Shown: positions 35,630 through 50,720, numbered from the whole stretch's first letter. The stretch is DNA of 63,850 nt, filler included, from Octopus bimaculoides (GCF_001194135.2; 9 parts of 8 records of this genome joined end to end with filler, not necessarily neighbours in it); one strand, 5' to 3'. The notes: generated by a model not told the origin, from the letters alone. Numbers and translations are program-made.

Positions 35630-37010
35630 NNNNNNNNNNNNNNNNNNNNNNNNNNNNNNNNNNNNNNNNNNNNTTAATTAATTAANNNNNNNNNNNNNNN
35701 NNNNNNNNNNNNNNNNNNNNNNNNNNNNNTATATATATACATATATATACAAATATATTTACTCTCCCATATATACATATACACACAGACACACACACAT
35801 ATATACATACCTTTATGAATCTATGTATGTGTATACATAAATATACATGTGTGTGCGTGTATGTATATATATAAATATGTATGTATGTATGTATGTATGT
35901 ATATGTTTGCATGTTTTTATGAAGGATTACTTCAACATGTTTCTGCAATTGGTTCCAAGGCATGGGACTTAACTCGAGAAACGATGTAGCACGAAAACAG
36001 ATTTCACAAAAATGTATTAGCTTATATCTGTTTTGATAAATGATTGTGATATCTTTTCACATGCATTCATAAACATAAATCATAAATAAGGGTATCTAAG
36101 AGATACTGTCATGCTTGAAATAACAGTCAAAACCTGACTCTAAAAACCACATCATAATTATAATATTTATAACCTATGAGGTCTTTCTTCACATACTGAC
36201 ACTTGACTTGATCGTTATTTGAAATAACAATCTCATCCTTATATATATATATANNNNNNNNNNNNNNNNNNNNNNNNNNNNNNNNNNNNNNNNNNNNNNN
36301 NNNNNNNNNNNNNNNNNNNNNNNNNNNNNNNNNNNNNNNNNNNNNNNNNNNNNNNNNNNNNNNNNNNNNNNNNNNNNNNNNNNNNNNNNNNNNNNNNNNN
36401 NNNNNNNNNNNNNNNNNNNNNNNNNNNNNNNNNNNNNNNNNNNNNNNNNNNNNNNNNNNNNNNNNNNNNNNNNNNNNNNNNNNNNNNNNNNNNNNNNNNN
36501 NNNNNNNNNNNNNNNNNNNNNNNNNNNNNNNNNNNNNNNNNNNNNNNNNNNNNNNNNNNNNNNNNNNNNNNNNNNNNNNNNNNNNNNNNNNNNNNNNNNN
36601 NNNNNNNNNNNNNNNNNNNNNNNNNNNNNNNNNNNNNNNNNNNNNNNNNNNNNNNNNNNNNNNNNNNNNNNNNNNNNNNNNNNNNNNNNNNNNNNNNNNN
36701 NNNNNNNNNNNNNNNNNNNNNNNNNNNNNNNNNNNNNNNNNNNNNNNNNNNNNNNNNNNNNNNNNNNNNNNNNNNNNNNNNNNNNNNNNNNNNNNNNNNN
36801 NNNNNNNNNNNNNNNNNNNNNNNNNNNNNNNNNNNNNNNNNNNNNNNNNNNNNNNNNNNNNNNNNNNNNNNNNNNNNNNNNNNNNNNNNNNNNNNNNNNN
36901 NNNNNNNNNNNNNNNNNNNNNNNNNNNNNNNNNNNNNNNNNNNNNNNNNNNNNNNNNNNNNNNNNNNNNNNNNNNNNNNNNNNNNNNNNNNNNNNNNNNN
37001 NNNNNNNNNN

Positions 37011-37086
<76 letters not shown>

Positions 37087-37766
37087 TATATATCAGGTTC
37101 CTGGAATATATATGATAGATATATACATATAAACACACATATGCACTTTTGTGTGTATGTACGTATACATGTGTGTGTGTGTATGTGTACGTGTGCGTGC
37201 ATATGTGCATGCAATGCCGGCTATAGGCAGAGTTGAATTAACCATTAAGCAAAATAAGCACGTGCTTAGGACAGCAAAGAAGTAGAAATGGTAAATGGTT
37301 TACGGCACAAAAAAATCACTTCTCAAAATAATATCGGAATGTCTTATCTCTACTAAGTATATAGAAGCTGATATGTTACGAAAGATTGTGAGGACCTGAT
37401 CAAAGAGTTTGCATTAAAAAAAAAGTAGGAGAAAGCTTTCCAAATACGAAAATAAACATTATTTTCCATCTTACTGTTAGTTTTGTTTCATTTTAAAAAG
37501 TAAATTTATTTCATTGTTTATTATTGTTTATATTTTAAATTACATATAATAGGGGCACCAACATCTTTTAAGTACTTAGGGCCTCTATAGGTCTTAATCC
37601 GGCTCTAGCCCTAGGGTTGTTGTCTCCCCGAGCAAGCTGAACTTCGACGTTTATAAGCTAACGGTCGTGGATATTTTCTTGTCTTCATCACGCCCTCCTT
37701 GGTTCCCCTAGCACATGACGCCCTGGCGAGTTGCCGGTACTCTCAGTTGACCCTGTGCATGTATAG

Positions 37767-37807
<41 letters not shown>

Positions 37808-38324
37808 NNNNNNNNNNNNNNNNNNNNNNNNNNNNNNNNNNNNNNNNNNNNTTAATTAATTAANNNNNNNNNNNNNNNNNNNNNNNNNNNNNNNNNNNNN
37901 NNNNNNNATATACGCTTACGCATACAGCTAAACATACTATACACACAGACACACAAACAAAACGCACACACACACACACACACATACACACACAACACGC
38001 ACACACGCCATTTCATAAGTGCTAGTAGGAGTTTATAGAGTAGTGGTGGAAAGAAAATTTATATTTATTAATATTTTTAATTACTATCAACAAAATGGTG
38101 TGAGGATATCACATAAAATGTAAATGAAAACTTGGTTGGTTTCATTAAAAGTCAGATAATAAAAATCCGTTATTTAATTAATATTTACCATCTAACTTAT
38201 ATTAATTTTCATGAACTCTTTCCTTGTAAATATTTTCCCATTCTGTTTTCTTTTTGTTATTGATGTTGATATTGCTGTTATGCTTCTTGTTTTGTTACTA
38301 GTGGCTGTTTTTTTTTTTCATTCC

Positions 38325-38480
38325 CAAGCGTTTTTTATCATCCTTAATCTCTTGGTAAAATCTTTTTTGGTCGGTTCTAAACAATTCGTTTTGCTGATAT
38401 TGCTTAATCCATTGTTCAAATCTAGTTACTTTTGCTTTTTTGTATGTATGCGCTGCTTCAGTTCTTCAATTACTACATAC
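38325..38480 (-). mobile_element. Dong/R4-clade LINE fragment
   Basis: IEELKQRIHTK.AKVTRFEQWIKQYQQNELFRTDQKRFYQEI. Confidence 0.8.
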
Positions 38481-38726
38481 AGGCAAATAAGGTTGATAGA
38501 ATAAGTACTAGGCTTATACAAATAAGTACTGGTGTCAATTTCTTCAACTAAAAGCCTTTAAGCCAGTCCTCAGTATAACCACAGTCAAGTGACTGAAGTA
38601 AATAAAAGAATAAAAGAATATGCATGCATGCTTGTATGTATGTAAGCAGGTACGCTTGTTTATATATATATATGAGTATCAAACATGTACAGGTGCCAAT
38701 TCATAACGGCCGTTTCAAGTGGCTCT

Positions 38727-39657
38727 TGTAATTGATTAATGTAAGCATTACATTAATTTGAAAGAAACCGTTCTCGTCAGATGACCACACATATTTCAAA
38801 CAAAAGGCTGTAACCAGTTTTAAAAACATATTTACATCAATAATGGAGCTCAAAATATCTATATCGTTTCTCTTGTCATATCTGTAGCAGAAAAAAATGG
38901 TTAAGCTTTTATCATGATCTTCTAAACACTTTGACTGGAAAAAAGCTTAATAGTTTTTTCTTATATATTAAAGCATCCCATTATTAGGTTTTAAATTAAT
39001 TTCTATCATTTTTCTATATATTGATTTATTTTTCTCAATAAATTTGATAAGCCATAATTTTCTACACCCAAATAACCTTCAACTCTAATTTCCATCCCTG
39101 AAGTTTATATTATTTATCTCTTTCAGTTTTTTCATTATATTCCCCTTTAATTTGCTAATCCAAATAAGTATTGGCCACCACACATTCATTCTTTCTTCCT
39201 TTTATCATCTCTTCCTCATAAGGTATTCTGTACTTTTATCCATTTTGTGTAGATAAATCTAGATGTATGGCTCCAGCACATAGAGAGTCTAGCAGATTGT
39301 CTGAAATTAATTGATTTATCATCATTAACTAGAATATAGTTGACAACACTCAATGGATTTAATTCTAAACGGTTGAAGACTACATTCTACTTAGAGTCTT
39401 CTAAAGATAAGTCAAAATTCCTTATTATTCTGACCCCCACTATTTCCTATGCTGCTCTCTAAATTATAGTAAGCTTGACATGGTATGCATTATTTTCTAT
39501 CACATTCTGCCACAGATAGGACGATGTAAATGTTTTAAGTTTCATTACTCATGTAAACATGTTTAAAATGGCTATATCCATATGTTTAAAGTCTGTGCGG
39601 ATACCTGACGAGAACGATTTCTTTCAAACTGATATAATGTATTCTTTAATCAATTAA
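38727..39657. mobile_element. Element with ~55-bp terminal inverted repeats; interior possibly a degraded CR1-like 3' end
   Basis: tttgaaagaaaccgttctcgtcag (38758) vs ctgacgagaacgatttctttcaaa (39608). The match extends outward with mismatches. Confidence 0.6.
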
Positions 39658-39974
39658 ATGCGCCGCATCAAACAACCGTAATGAATTAACAACTGTACAT
39701 CTTTATTACTCACTTATATTCGGTTCACTTAACTTGGAATCTGCACTTTGGAAATACTATAGAAAGTACTTTTATAAAAGTACATGTCTCTGTTACCAAG
39801 ATCGGATATCTTCACTTAGCTGAGTTACGTTGTTTGCATACACAGCAGGAATATCAGGTACAAACACACCTGCATGGTGTCTTGATATACAATGTTCAAT
39901 TAATATTGTATGAGTGTGCGGATTATATCGAACTAGCAAGGTACCTCACTTTAAGTATCTAATTCAACTGAATC

Positions 39975-40046
<72 letters not shown>

Positions 40047-40361
40047 CAGACACGTAACGTGTTGGAAACTAAAGTTTCATAACTCACTAGATTGTTTGTG
40101 TTTGCGTACAGTATGCGTCTATACTCAGGCCTGTGTGTTTGTGTGCTTCTCCGTACAAATAGCCACAGATATATAAATCTGCATTTCTCTCTTCTCATTT
40201 ATCTGTCTGTCGCTTTCTTCTTCTGTACACACACACATACACACACTCTGACAATAACATTCATCTATGTCGCGCGTTGTGTGTTTTCCCTGTATGTGAG
40301 CGTATTCTAGAAATAGTTCCTCATCGATATGCTTAAAATCTACTTAAGTTTCGCTTATGCG

Positions 40362-40407
<46 letters not shown>

Positions 40408-40720
40408 GTCAAGAGATATGACAGGTTAGCATGGAAAGTTAAGCAGCCGTGGTCAATGAAAAAGGTAGCAGTAGTACCAATAATTGGTGAATAGTGAGCA
40501 AAAATCTAAAGAAGTACGTGGAACAAATAGGGAATAGGGGCTGTAATAAGTGTGGGGCACTTGCAAAGAATAGCACTGCTTGGAACCGCTCGAATACTCC
40601 GGAATGTACTCGAAAAATAACAGGTGTTACCTTAGTTCACTGGTGACACCCGAATACTTCTCCGTAATAACAGCTGAGACCGTAATACATCTCCAGCGTT
40701 AGAAGCTGTGCAAAGAAGGA
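40408..40720 (+). mobile_element. Dong/R4-clade LINE 3' end inserted in (TAA)n
   Basis: RYDRLAWKVKQPWSMKKVAVVPII...LQRIALLGTARILRNVLEK*, then the 3' UTR. (TAA)n lies on both sides. Confidence 0.85.
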
Positions 40721-40761
40721 TAATAATAAAAATATATGTGTATGGATGCATGTATGCATGG

Positions 40762-40793
<32 letters not shown>

Positions 40794-40859
40794 GTGTGTG
40801 TGTGTATGTGTGTGTGTGTGTGTATGTATGTGTGTGTGTGTGCGTGTATAAGTATATGA

Positions 40860-40895
<36 letters not shown>

Positions 40896-40995
40896 NNNNN
40901 NNNNNNNNNNNNNNNNNNNNNNNNNNNNNNNNNNNNNNNTTAATTAATTAANNNNNNNNNNNNNNNNNNNNNNNNNNNNNNNNNNNNNNNNNNNN

Positions 40996-41027
<32 letters not shown>

Positions 41028-42379
41028 GTATAGATAATAGATAGATAGATACATACATACATACATACATGCATGCATGCATACTTACATACACGTAAAC
41101 ACACATTTCATGTGACACTCTGCCTCAATGAGATGTTCCTCATCATTCGCTATTCTACCCAACCTAATATAAAAAGGCAGAAATAACTGCCACTTGCCGA
41201 CATGGCACAAAATTCTTCATTAAGAATAGGAAAGAGAACACTCTCATGCAGCTTAACATCTACACCGCTTACATTAACTATAGGTATTAATATTCAACAT
41301 ACTGAAGTATACGGCCGACCGAGTGAATACTATGTAGTCTTTGTTATCTCACTTAAATAAACGTATAACAGCCTGTACACGCTTCCAACATAAATTTGTG
41401 GTGTATAGAGAGATGACTGCCTATATGTGTGTGGTTACATGTATCTATTTATCCTTGTATGTATGTATGCATATGTATATGTATATTTGTAGTTATAAGC
41501 CTTCCTCTTTTCTTTATCTTATTGATGATTTTCACAGAATGTGAACACTACCTAGAAGCGCTCTCCTCTGAATTACACATATTGAATATTTACCTTCCAG
41601 TTCTTCGATTTTTGCTTTGCATTATGTTTCAGTAACTCTAACGCTCCTACAATTACCAGGGACTCTTCTTGTAGCCATATTCTAGATCTTCAATATTTAT
41701 TTTTCTAAATTTTTATATTTCTAAAACGTTTACATCCATCTTCACTGAAATCTTATTCTCTGCTAGGCAAATCAAATCAATAAGTGTAAATTTCAAGATA
41801 GCTTGCCTTTTATTACTTTATCGAGCAATCGCTTTTCCTTATGTATATTATTATTATTGCTACAGAGAAGAGATAAAATTTGCATGTACAATAGCGCCGT
41901 CAGCAGTGTCCAGGGTGTACAGAATAACGAATCCCTTTAACATGCACATACATTGAGTATCTGACCATCGCTGACTTCTTTAGTTACGTCCACTTTTTAT
42001 TGTTACGATTTGAATGAATTTGGCTATCTATTGTAAAGATCTCTCTGTCCCTTTCTTTGATCGGAAGGAAATGCCGCATTCTAATGTACGATGGACAAAG
42101 TAAAAGTGAACTTACTGAGATAAGATCGAAAGGATTCCAGACATGCACTTTAATTTGCAGACGAAGGTGGAGGTATTAACCTCCTGGAATATTGTGGAAA
42201 TGTAACGAGTATGGCCCTGGTGAATGAACCTAATCTCAGTGTACACGTGTAGGCTGGAGAATACAACGCGGAGAGAGTGTATTTATTTTTAATAGTCAGA
42301 GTAATCTTAGATCTGTGAAGTTCCTTTGGACATCCCATTTCAAAAATCCTTATCATACTATTGTTTCCATAATTATTTG

Positions 42380-42950
42380 TCAGAATCGATTATACATAAT
42401 CCCAGCCCTACCATTTTTTGTAATTTGTCATGATAATGTACCCTCATCCGTCTATCATTAGCGCTTCTGTCTTTCGTTTCAAGTCCCGGTTCATCAGCCA
42501 GAGCCAGCGATCTTTACTTCCAACATTCTCAGTTTGTTGCATGAATTGTCCATGAAATTCTATTTTTTTTTCCATTTGTTTGTTCGGTTGTTCTTCCTTT
42601 TCTCTTTGAATTTTCCAACTGTTTCGGTCAATTTTGGGGTATATCTAGCGGCCGATAGAATTCTTTTAAATTGAAGGAGGCAAACTTTTTGCAAAGCTCT
42701 ACAAAACACTTAATTCCCATTCTCTTTATGTTCCTCTCAATCAAAGCCCCAACAATAATCGGTACTATCTTCACTTTTTCATCTTCCACAGTCAGGGTAT
42801 CTTGTATTTAAGAGGATTGTACACGTCTACTTTCTTGCCTTCCTCCTTAACTATCCGTGGCTATCAATTACAGAGCATACATGTTTTACTTTGTCCACCA
42901 CTATTAAGTCCGGTTTGTTGTACTCAAGCACCTGATTCGTTAACACACTG
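42380..42950 (-). mobile_element. Two Dong/R4 fragments (REL endonuclease tail; pre-REL region)
   Basis: NKPDLIVVDKVK..C.VID, KIVPIIVGAL and LQKVCLL (42660-42950). FHGQFMQQT...WLWL...LKRKTEAL (42400-42590). Confidence 0.8.
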
Positions 42951-43155
42951 GAATTGTTAGTACATTGGACAAAATACTTAACGGTATTTCGTCCGTCTTT
43001 ACGTTCTGAGTTCGAATTCCGCCGAGGTCGACTTTGCTTTCATCCTTTTGGCGTCGATAAAATAAGTATCAGTTAAATACTGGGGTCAATTTAAACAACT
43101 CATCCCCTCATCCCAAATTGCTGGCCTTGTGCCAAAATTTGAAATCATCATCATC

Positions 43156-43186
<31 letters not shown>

Positions 43187-44039
43187 ATTATTAATATTAT
43201 TATTATTATTATTAATATTATTATTATTATTATTAGTTTTTGCGGTGAAGACGGGTGTTCCTATACATCTTGGTTTAATATGTTTAAAAAAACTTTTTGT
43301 ATTATTCGCCAATAGAAATCTCTTACAAACTTGAGTATCATCCCAGTTTATTTTGGTTGAAAAATAAGGTTTGTCCTTGAAGATTTTTTTATCTTTTGTA
43401 TCTTACGCTCTGGTAAACATTCGTTTATTCGTGTTTTGATATGACTTCCTTTTCTCGTGTAGTGGTGACAGGTGCCAGCAACAAACGTTGAAGTACCGTA
43501 ACACCAAAAGGAAAATTCATGAAAGCAATAAGACATTTTTTAAAGACAAAAGCGTGACATTTGAAAGTAATGACATTTGAACAAGCAGACAAACCAGACA
43601 TTTGTACTATAAAACTTACACAGAGAACTATGACAGTTTCACAAGCGAATACATTTGTAAACAGAGACAATTGCATTTATAATAAATGCAAATAACAACG
43701 ACGGTAGTGACATTTTGCAAGCGTTATCAACCAGAGAAATGCGCTGGACATGGGTCAGCTTTAAAGTGATGGTGGAGGCACTCTGGGAGAGGGCTATAAA
43801 AAAATTATGCCTCTTTCTCTGAGATTTTCATCGCAGAAATAGTAAGATGAAAAGTAATATGCATAAACCCGTGTGTATGTGTGTGTGTGTGTTTGAAGTG
43901 TCTCTTGAAAAACAACTGTCAACAAGTGTTGTCGCTGTCCATACGAGATGTTTTCCGCTGCTTATTTCATTAACCGAATAATAATCTTAGGCCAAGCACC
44001 AAACGAGTTTAGGTCTTTCACATACAGAATGTTGCCAAG

Positions 44040-44640
44040 CACTCCCTCCTTTACCAGCTGTAGAAACTGGGAGTAATTCTGGTCAACAGCAGGTTGAGTA
44101 TTAGGGACAATTTCCAAAACTCCTTGTCTTGACAATACTACAAGAGGTTGATATTTCCTGTTCGGGACAAAACCTATAAAGATGGTTGTGTTATAGCCAC
44201 AAGACACTAAACTTATCCGAGATGTGCACAGGGAGACGAAATCTCCACCCCACCCCACTTCCATTGTTTGTTGTTTTCGTATGACAACACATGACAACAG
44301 CTGTTGTCATGTGTTGGACGAATACGACAATTGGCTGAGTTCCTCGTGAGGATCGCCCGACACAACCACCTTCCACAAGGCGGGGTGGGCGATGTTTCTC
44401 AATCTAGACGTTATGGCAAAAGAGGTTAGATTTTGTGGTGGACGAGGTTAAGAAGGTTGAGGACAGACACTTTCTTCTTCGATCAAGCCTTCACTGACTT
44501 TTTCAAGTCGCACTTGGAAAGGAAAATGAGTATAAAAAGAAAAGTGGCCTCTCGAACCACATTTGTCAAAAGGTGGGTGACTGTGTTAAAAATGGGAGTG
44601 GTGAATGGAATCGAATCTAAGCATGCGCCTGTAGATTAGA
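44040..44640 (+). mobile_element. L1/Tx1-clade LINE 3' fragment
   Basis: PVRDK.YK.G and PRCAQGDE (zf-RVT-like region), then WWTRLRRLRTDTF...FFKSHLERK...FVKRWV. Confidence 0.6.
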
Positions 44641-44869
44641 GAGCAACAGTTGGATGAGGGCTAGGTGGTCCTGAATCTATGGTATTCCTTGATTGACTTT
44701 CTCCATCAGTAGATCTGCATTATCCATGTGTCCATATATGTTGTATACCATGTTTACTTTTTATCTCATTTTTCCCTCTTAGCACGTTCTTCTCATTTTT
44801 TTTAATGTAAAACCCTAAGCTGTCCTTGTAATATCCGTCTCATCTGGTACACCAGTGGCAAATGTAAGA

Positions 44870-44939
44870 AATATCACAATCATCATCATCTTCATCATCA
44901 TATTCATCATCATATTCATCATCATATTCATCATCATCA

Positions 44940-45001
<62 letters not shown>

Positions 45002-45003
45002 TC
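44870..45003. repeat. Compound (ATC)n/(ATT)n microsatellite, representative of dozens of simple repeats in the window
   Basis: Direct reading. Other tracts include (TG)n at 1-75 and 21795-21855, (TTA)n at 14318-14382, (CCAT)n at 26092-26155 and 60660-60720, (TAA)n at 32700-32783 and 40363-40407, (GTT)n at 56900-56927, and (CTAT)n at 60780-60838. Confidence 0.95.
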
Positions 45004-46599
45004 CTCCGGCTTAGCGAAGGTGGAGCTATTACTTTCAGTCATGTTTGTTTGTTTGTTTATTTGTCCGTGGACAAGATATCTCAAGAACCACGGGATGGAT
45101 TCGGATGAAACTTACTTTTAGGAATGTTTGGTCTCGTGACTGGCATGAACTGATTAGATTTTGGGATCGATCCGGTACCGGGCAAGGATTCTGGATTATT
45201 TGTCATATTTACTTTACTTTACATGAAGTATTACAATCTTCCTTTCTTTCAAGTCTTTCTCTGATTATCTGCCTTAAAAGCACGCTCATGTTATCCACAT
45301 AAGCTATGGTGGCATTGCTGTTTCCAAAGTTTTATTTTCGTTTCTCTATTAATTTTACTCGCGTCTTTATCTTAGTAGAAACTGATGAATAAAGAATTCA
45401 AACTACATAAACAAACGGCAAAGAAACCGTTCAGAAATTAAATAACACTAACATATTCAGTAACAATAATAAATTTAATTTATCCTCGACAATTTTTAGT
45501 TTTACCAATTTTGAATATATCGCTCCTGTTTAAAACCTCTTACCTACTTGACAATCCCATTTCTCGCTCTGCTTTGAAGGAAGCTTTACTTCTTGGACTC
45601 ACTTTTTTGTGCGCAACGATGTTGTTAAACCTCCGTTAACAGCACCGTATGCAGATTCTTTTCGTTTTCTTTCACGCACAAATACATTTTTCACTACAGA
45701 CATTAATGGTCGTAGAGACACTATATTTATGTGGATAGACTAAAAAAAGGCCTTCCTAAAGAAAACTGTTTCTATTCCCACTGCAGATGACACACACACT
45801 GTATTACAAACATGGCCCGCACACCCACCTTCATATTCCATAACTACCATTGGGATCGATCAGGTACCGGACAAGGATTCTGAACTATTTTTCCGGTGGT
45901 AGGGCGGGTGATGATGATGTTTCACCTCCCTCATTTACGTTCTGAATTTTTTCCCCCCTAAGATCTACTCTGCTTTTTCTTCCCAACGAGCTGATAAATT
46001 AATTAAAAGACAAACTAGGATCGACTCAGAGAGACTGTACTCCCTTCAGGATGAGACTCCTTTTCTTATCTCAGAGGGTTAGGTAAATTCTAAATATTTA
46101 TGCTTTGACGTAGGCGTCGTTTAAAATGTTGTGTGAGTACATTCTAAATATTTTACCAACCTTTATATTACTATTTTCTGGAATTTGCTTATGTCTATTC
46201 ATACGAGTAAATTGTTGATATATTTACGCAAGTGATTGTGTATCGTTGCAGTTGTACCAACTTAAACTGGATAATGGACACTTCTTTCACATACCATAAT
46301 GGTTTTAGCGCAACGGCTAAATAACTGTAATTACTTTGCTTTCAACTCACTAATGCACAATATTATAGCCAGTCAGTATTACTGTGTCAATTATTAAAAG
46401 ACTATTGTCATTTTTGTCATGGCAAATGATGTCTGTATTATTACGCACCAGCTGGTGGTCTGTCTGTAAGCTATAACTCCATAGGATCTTTGTATTGTCA
46501 TTGTCTAAGAAAAGTGAATACCACAGAATGTTTTCTTTAAGCCAGTTGAAACTAGGTTGCCTGGCGTATATAGAGCAAGTTTTCTACATTGTTATATCT

Positions 46600-47740
46600 C
46601 AAGATATACTTTGTGATAGCTAATGTTGAACATTCTAATACAATATAATGTATTGCTTGAGAAAACAGATCTTGTAGGCGTCATCTGTTATTTACATTGT
46701 AGTATTTATAGATATTTCTCACACTATGCCTTATACTTGAGGCTTGTTCGTGTACGCTGTTACTTCTACTGCCCATGTAGGGTGGATTTATCATTTGCAG
46801 ATCAGCATCACTTTTTATTGATGTGCAGGGCATTCACTTCACAGAAATAGTAATTGTTATAGATTTTCATCATAATCGCCAGATGTACCATTTGTATGTT
46901 TATTTTTACTGCTCTCTTAGATTTACATTTTAGCTGTTCGAAATCTAATCTAATTACTTGGAAGAAGTTTGTTGTTGCAGTGGAGATCGATTTACTACCT
47001 TTCTTGTCGTTATAGTCAACAAAGGTACATAGCGTGCTTATTTTGACTTAGGAAGATAGCGAGAAACATTAATAATGGCTTTCTTAAACTGTTCTCTGGC
47101 ACTCAATAGTCTTCTGCCGCCTCCTATTTTGATGTTTTACAATCTTTAGAAGTTTTGCAATTACTTGATTTTAGATTTATTGTGAATATTTTCTTTCTTT
47201 AGAATACGTCTAGTGTAGCAGTTTACAGTGTCTATGTTACATTCAAAACCAATAAAACAAGCCATATGCTATGGATGATGCTGCAAATGCGTCAATGGCA
47301 CAGATATTTTTTCGATTTAAACAAGGTTTAAATTTTTTTATCTTCTGTTGATATGCTAAATTCTCTTTTCGTTTGCACAATTTTTACAAATGCAGATATA
47401 CTCACACATGTATCCATATATCTCCAGAATGTTCAATTATCCAGCTCCTCTGTTTTCTATGAGTATATGCTGAACATATCTCGCCAACTAGAATAACATC
47501 ACCACCTGGTTCTTTCGCAATGTTAGAAACAGTTAGGTCAAGTTTCTAGTCTATGTATAACTCGTTGAGTTGCACTTCATCTTCCTGCAAAAACTTGAGT
47601 TCTAGTTTCTTCCTATCTTTTTCTACTCTAGATAGTGGGGTCCAGCAAACATTGAATACGCTGCCCTTGCTCTGACAAAGCCACAAAAAATTAGAGTTTT
47701 AAATCATTTGTTCAAGTTTCAAGTTTCAAGTTGTATTATC
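46600..47740 (-). mobile_element. Degraded Dong/R4-clade LINE (post-RT region)
   Basis: Minus strand KIGGGRRLLSA (the R4 GGRGL motif region) and a degenerate Y..RH..V motif; many stop codons. Confidence 0.55.
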
Positions 47741-48160
47741 AGTTGTTGCTTTATCTGCCTGAGTATTATTTATTGCATGTAATTTTAGTTCCCTGATAAC
47801 ATGGCGAGCAGTCAGTTTTGAGAGAGTTTACGTTCATGAGTCTGTTGGAAATCGAGTGTAGTCTTATACTTATCTAATGCCCACTTCTCAATTTCTATAT
47901 ATTTTCTCATATTCTAAATCAGTTCATTATACATTTTGTTTATATGTATAAATGTTGCATGTAAGTTTGCATGGGTATGCATGCGTAGTTATGTTATATT
48001 TGTGCTGATCTCGATTCCTGAGCCGGGCAATGTGTATTGTACTTGAGCAAGGCGCGTGATTTCACGTTGCTCAAATCTACTCGCTTGCGAGAGACGGCTG
48101 TTGGTTTATGTGTATATATACATGTGTGTGTGTGAGTGTATGTGTATGTATATATGTATT

Positions 48161-48199
<39 letters not shown>

Positions 48200-48599
48200 G
48201 TGTGTGTAAGTATATATATGTATATGTATGCATGTAGCATTATGTACATGTATGTATGTGTATATATATGTGTGTGGGGGTGTATGTATGTATGTATGTA
48301 TGTATATGCATATATGTGTACGTATTTATCTATGCTTGCATATGCGAATGTATTTGTGTGTATGTGTACGCGTGTATACGTGAGCATGTTTACCTTACGT
48401 GTGGCAAACATACAAGTGTCAACACTTTTCTGACACAAGAGTATATTAAGTACGTTTATGTTGTTGTTTGCATTTTTCAACTTCAAGATATATAAAACAA
48501 TATATTGATCCCGCATGGCTGAACACTATAAACGTACAAAATGTTTACACATAAACACAGAATGCAAATAATGAAAAGAAACGATTTGAACTACTCAAT

Positions 48600-49000
48600 G
48601 AAAAATATCCGAATTCCTCCCAGGAAGCTAAAAGCACTCATCGATATAAAACAGAAAATGTGATAAAAACGCATGCGAGAGCTGGCTTACTTCTACGAGA
48701 ACAAAGATAACAAAATCACACAAGAGGAACGAGGTTCCAGATTCAGATACATTAACATCCGCCAAAAACTTATTCATAATAGCAGACAAAACAAAGAACG
48801 TATATGAGGTAAGGTCACTTAACAATAACCTTTTACACAATAGCGTTGCAAATTCCCACAAACAAAAAACAAATAGTAACATGTAAAATTAATCAATACA
48901 GAAGCAAAACACATAGCCACAAATCATAACATCTTAGACAAACTTCAATGCCTCACTGAAAAACCAAACTACATCTCACTGAAAGACTTTCAACTCACAT
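48600..49000 (+). mobile_element. Penelope-like element fragment (pre-RT region)
   Basis: LFIIADKTKNVYEVRSLNNNLLHNSVANSHKQ resembles the PLE ADKT.N.Y....Y..LL..NI...YKK motif. Confidence 0.6.
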
Positions 49001-49541
49001 TAACTCTACCAGTTATTTTGATTTAGTTAATAAATCGATATTAGAATAAACACTGGCATTTTCGTGGGACTGAAGTCTGTAAACTAATGGACCTGGGCCT
49101 CATAAAACTAAAAGAGGTGTTTTTGGTGGGATTAATGTGGGCCTGCACAGGGCTTACGGGTTTATGATTTCGTGGAGTGTGAATGAGCATGCAGTTAACA
49201 CCCTACTTAAACGAGTGGTAACAGCATTCAACAAATTTGGTTTGAGAGTGGCGGTAAAAGTAAAATTTACAATCTTAAAATTCCTAAGCTTGAAATCCTA
49301 CTATGGTAACTTCAGACAAATAATATTCCGTTTCATGTCCATGCTAAATTAAAATCACACCAAATATTACCAAACATAGGCGCACACGTGGCTGTGTGAT
49401 AAGAAGCTTGCTTCCCAACCATATGGCTCCGGTCTCAGTCCCACTGCATGACACCTTGGGCAAGTGTCTTCTGTTATAACCTCAGGCCGACCAAAGCCTT
49501 GTGAGTGTATTTGGTAAACGGTAACTGAATGAAGCCCGTCG

Positions 49542-49584
<43 letters not shown>

Positions 49585-50279
49585 ATGCGTGTGTGTATGT
49601 ATGTGTGTGTGTGTGTGCGTGCGTGCGTGTGTGTATATATATATATATATATATACAGAACGGCATAGAAATACCACTTGCTATGAACTGAACTGTTACT
49701 CTAAACCACAATTTACTCACTATAAAAATATACACGGTGGATGCGACAAACATAACATAGACAGGCTTACCTTGCATGGTATTATTAATTCATAATAGAA
49801 TGTAAGGAAAAAAATCACGTTTATCTGGAGTTTTTGGTAGTCTTTTTAAGGTATCAGCACTTCAAGCATGCTGGTCGTTTTCACCCTTACTCCCTTAATA
49901 TAATTATATACATATGTATATTATCAATAATTTAATATATAAATTGACAATAAATTTTTATAGCATGCTGACTACCTAATAAAAATAATTAACGTGATTT
50001 TTATCCTTATTTTCTATTACGAATTAATAAATAATATATATATATATATCAAAACAAATGAAAGACAGAAGATGAAATATACGAGAATATATTATTAACC
50101 ACAACAATTGTTTCGACAAATCTAGCATCGACTCCTCTTGTGGGACACTCAACAACTGGTTCGGGAGTATCGTGGGGTGCAGACGTATCTTGTCGGGTGA
50201 TAAAAAAAATTTTTTAAAACTCGTTAAAATGACTGTTCCACGATGCGACTTTCTGTTTTGTAGAGAGAAAAACAGCCAG

Positions 50280-50720
50280 ACATGGTCTGATCAATAAGTA
50301 TCCGGACTGTTGCCATAGTAACGAAGCTAAAGCACGCAGAGTGAAGCTGCTTGGCACAGATTGACCTTGAACTCTGCTGTGTATGGACACTAAGTTTTAA
50401 CATTCTAACTCACTTCCGCTGTTTACATCAGTGCTTAGAAGGACGGTGTGTACCGTGTGATTGTCGCACTGACCATTACAAAGCAGAGCGGAGAATCTGC
50501 GTCATATTTTACCAAAAGCTTGATGATACCTGTTCAGAGGTAAAAGAGTAAAAGAGTAAAAGAGATATATATACATATACGCGGTGCGTTCAAAAAGTAC
50601 CGGACTTTATTCTTTCCTGCCAAAACTAATGCCGCGTGGGTGAGAGGTGGCACCGCCCTTCATACGCACGTGTAAAAATTTTCACGTTGACAGGCCTCGT
50701 CAGTTCCCGAGTGTTTTCTA
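50280..50720 (+). mobile_element. Two mariner 5'-end fragments (~50280-50540 and ~50578-50720)
   Basis: TIR-like ggtctgatcaataagtatccggact and TAcgcggtgcgttcaaaaagtaccggact. The first encodes EQRICV.FYQKLDDTCSE, a mariner N-terminus. Confidence 0.7.
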
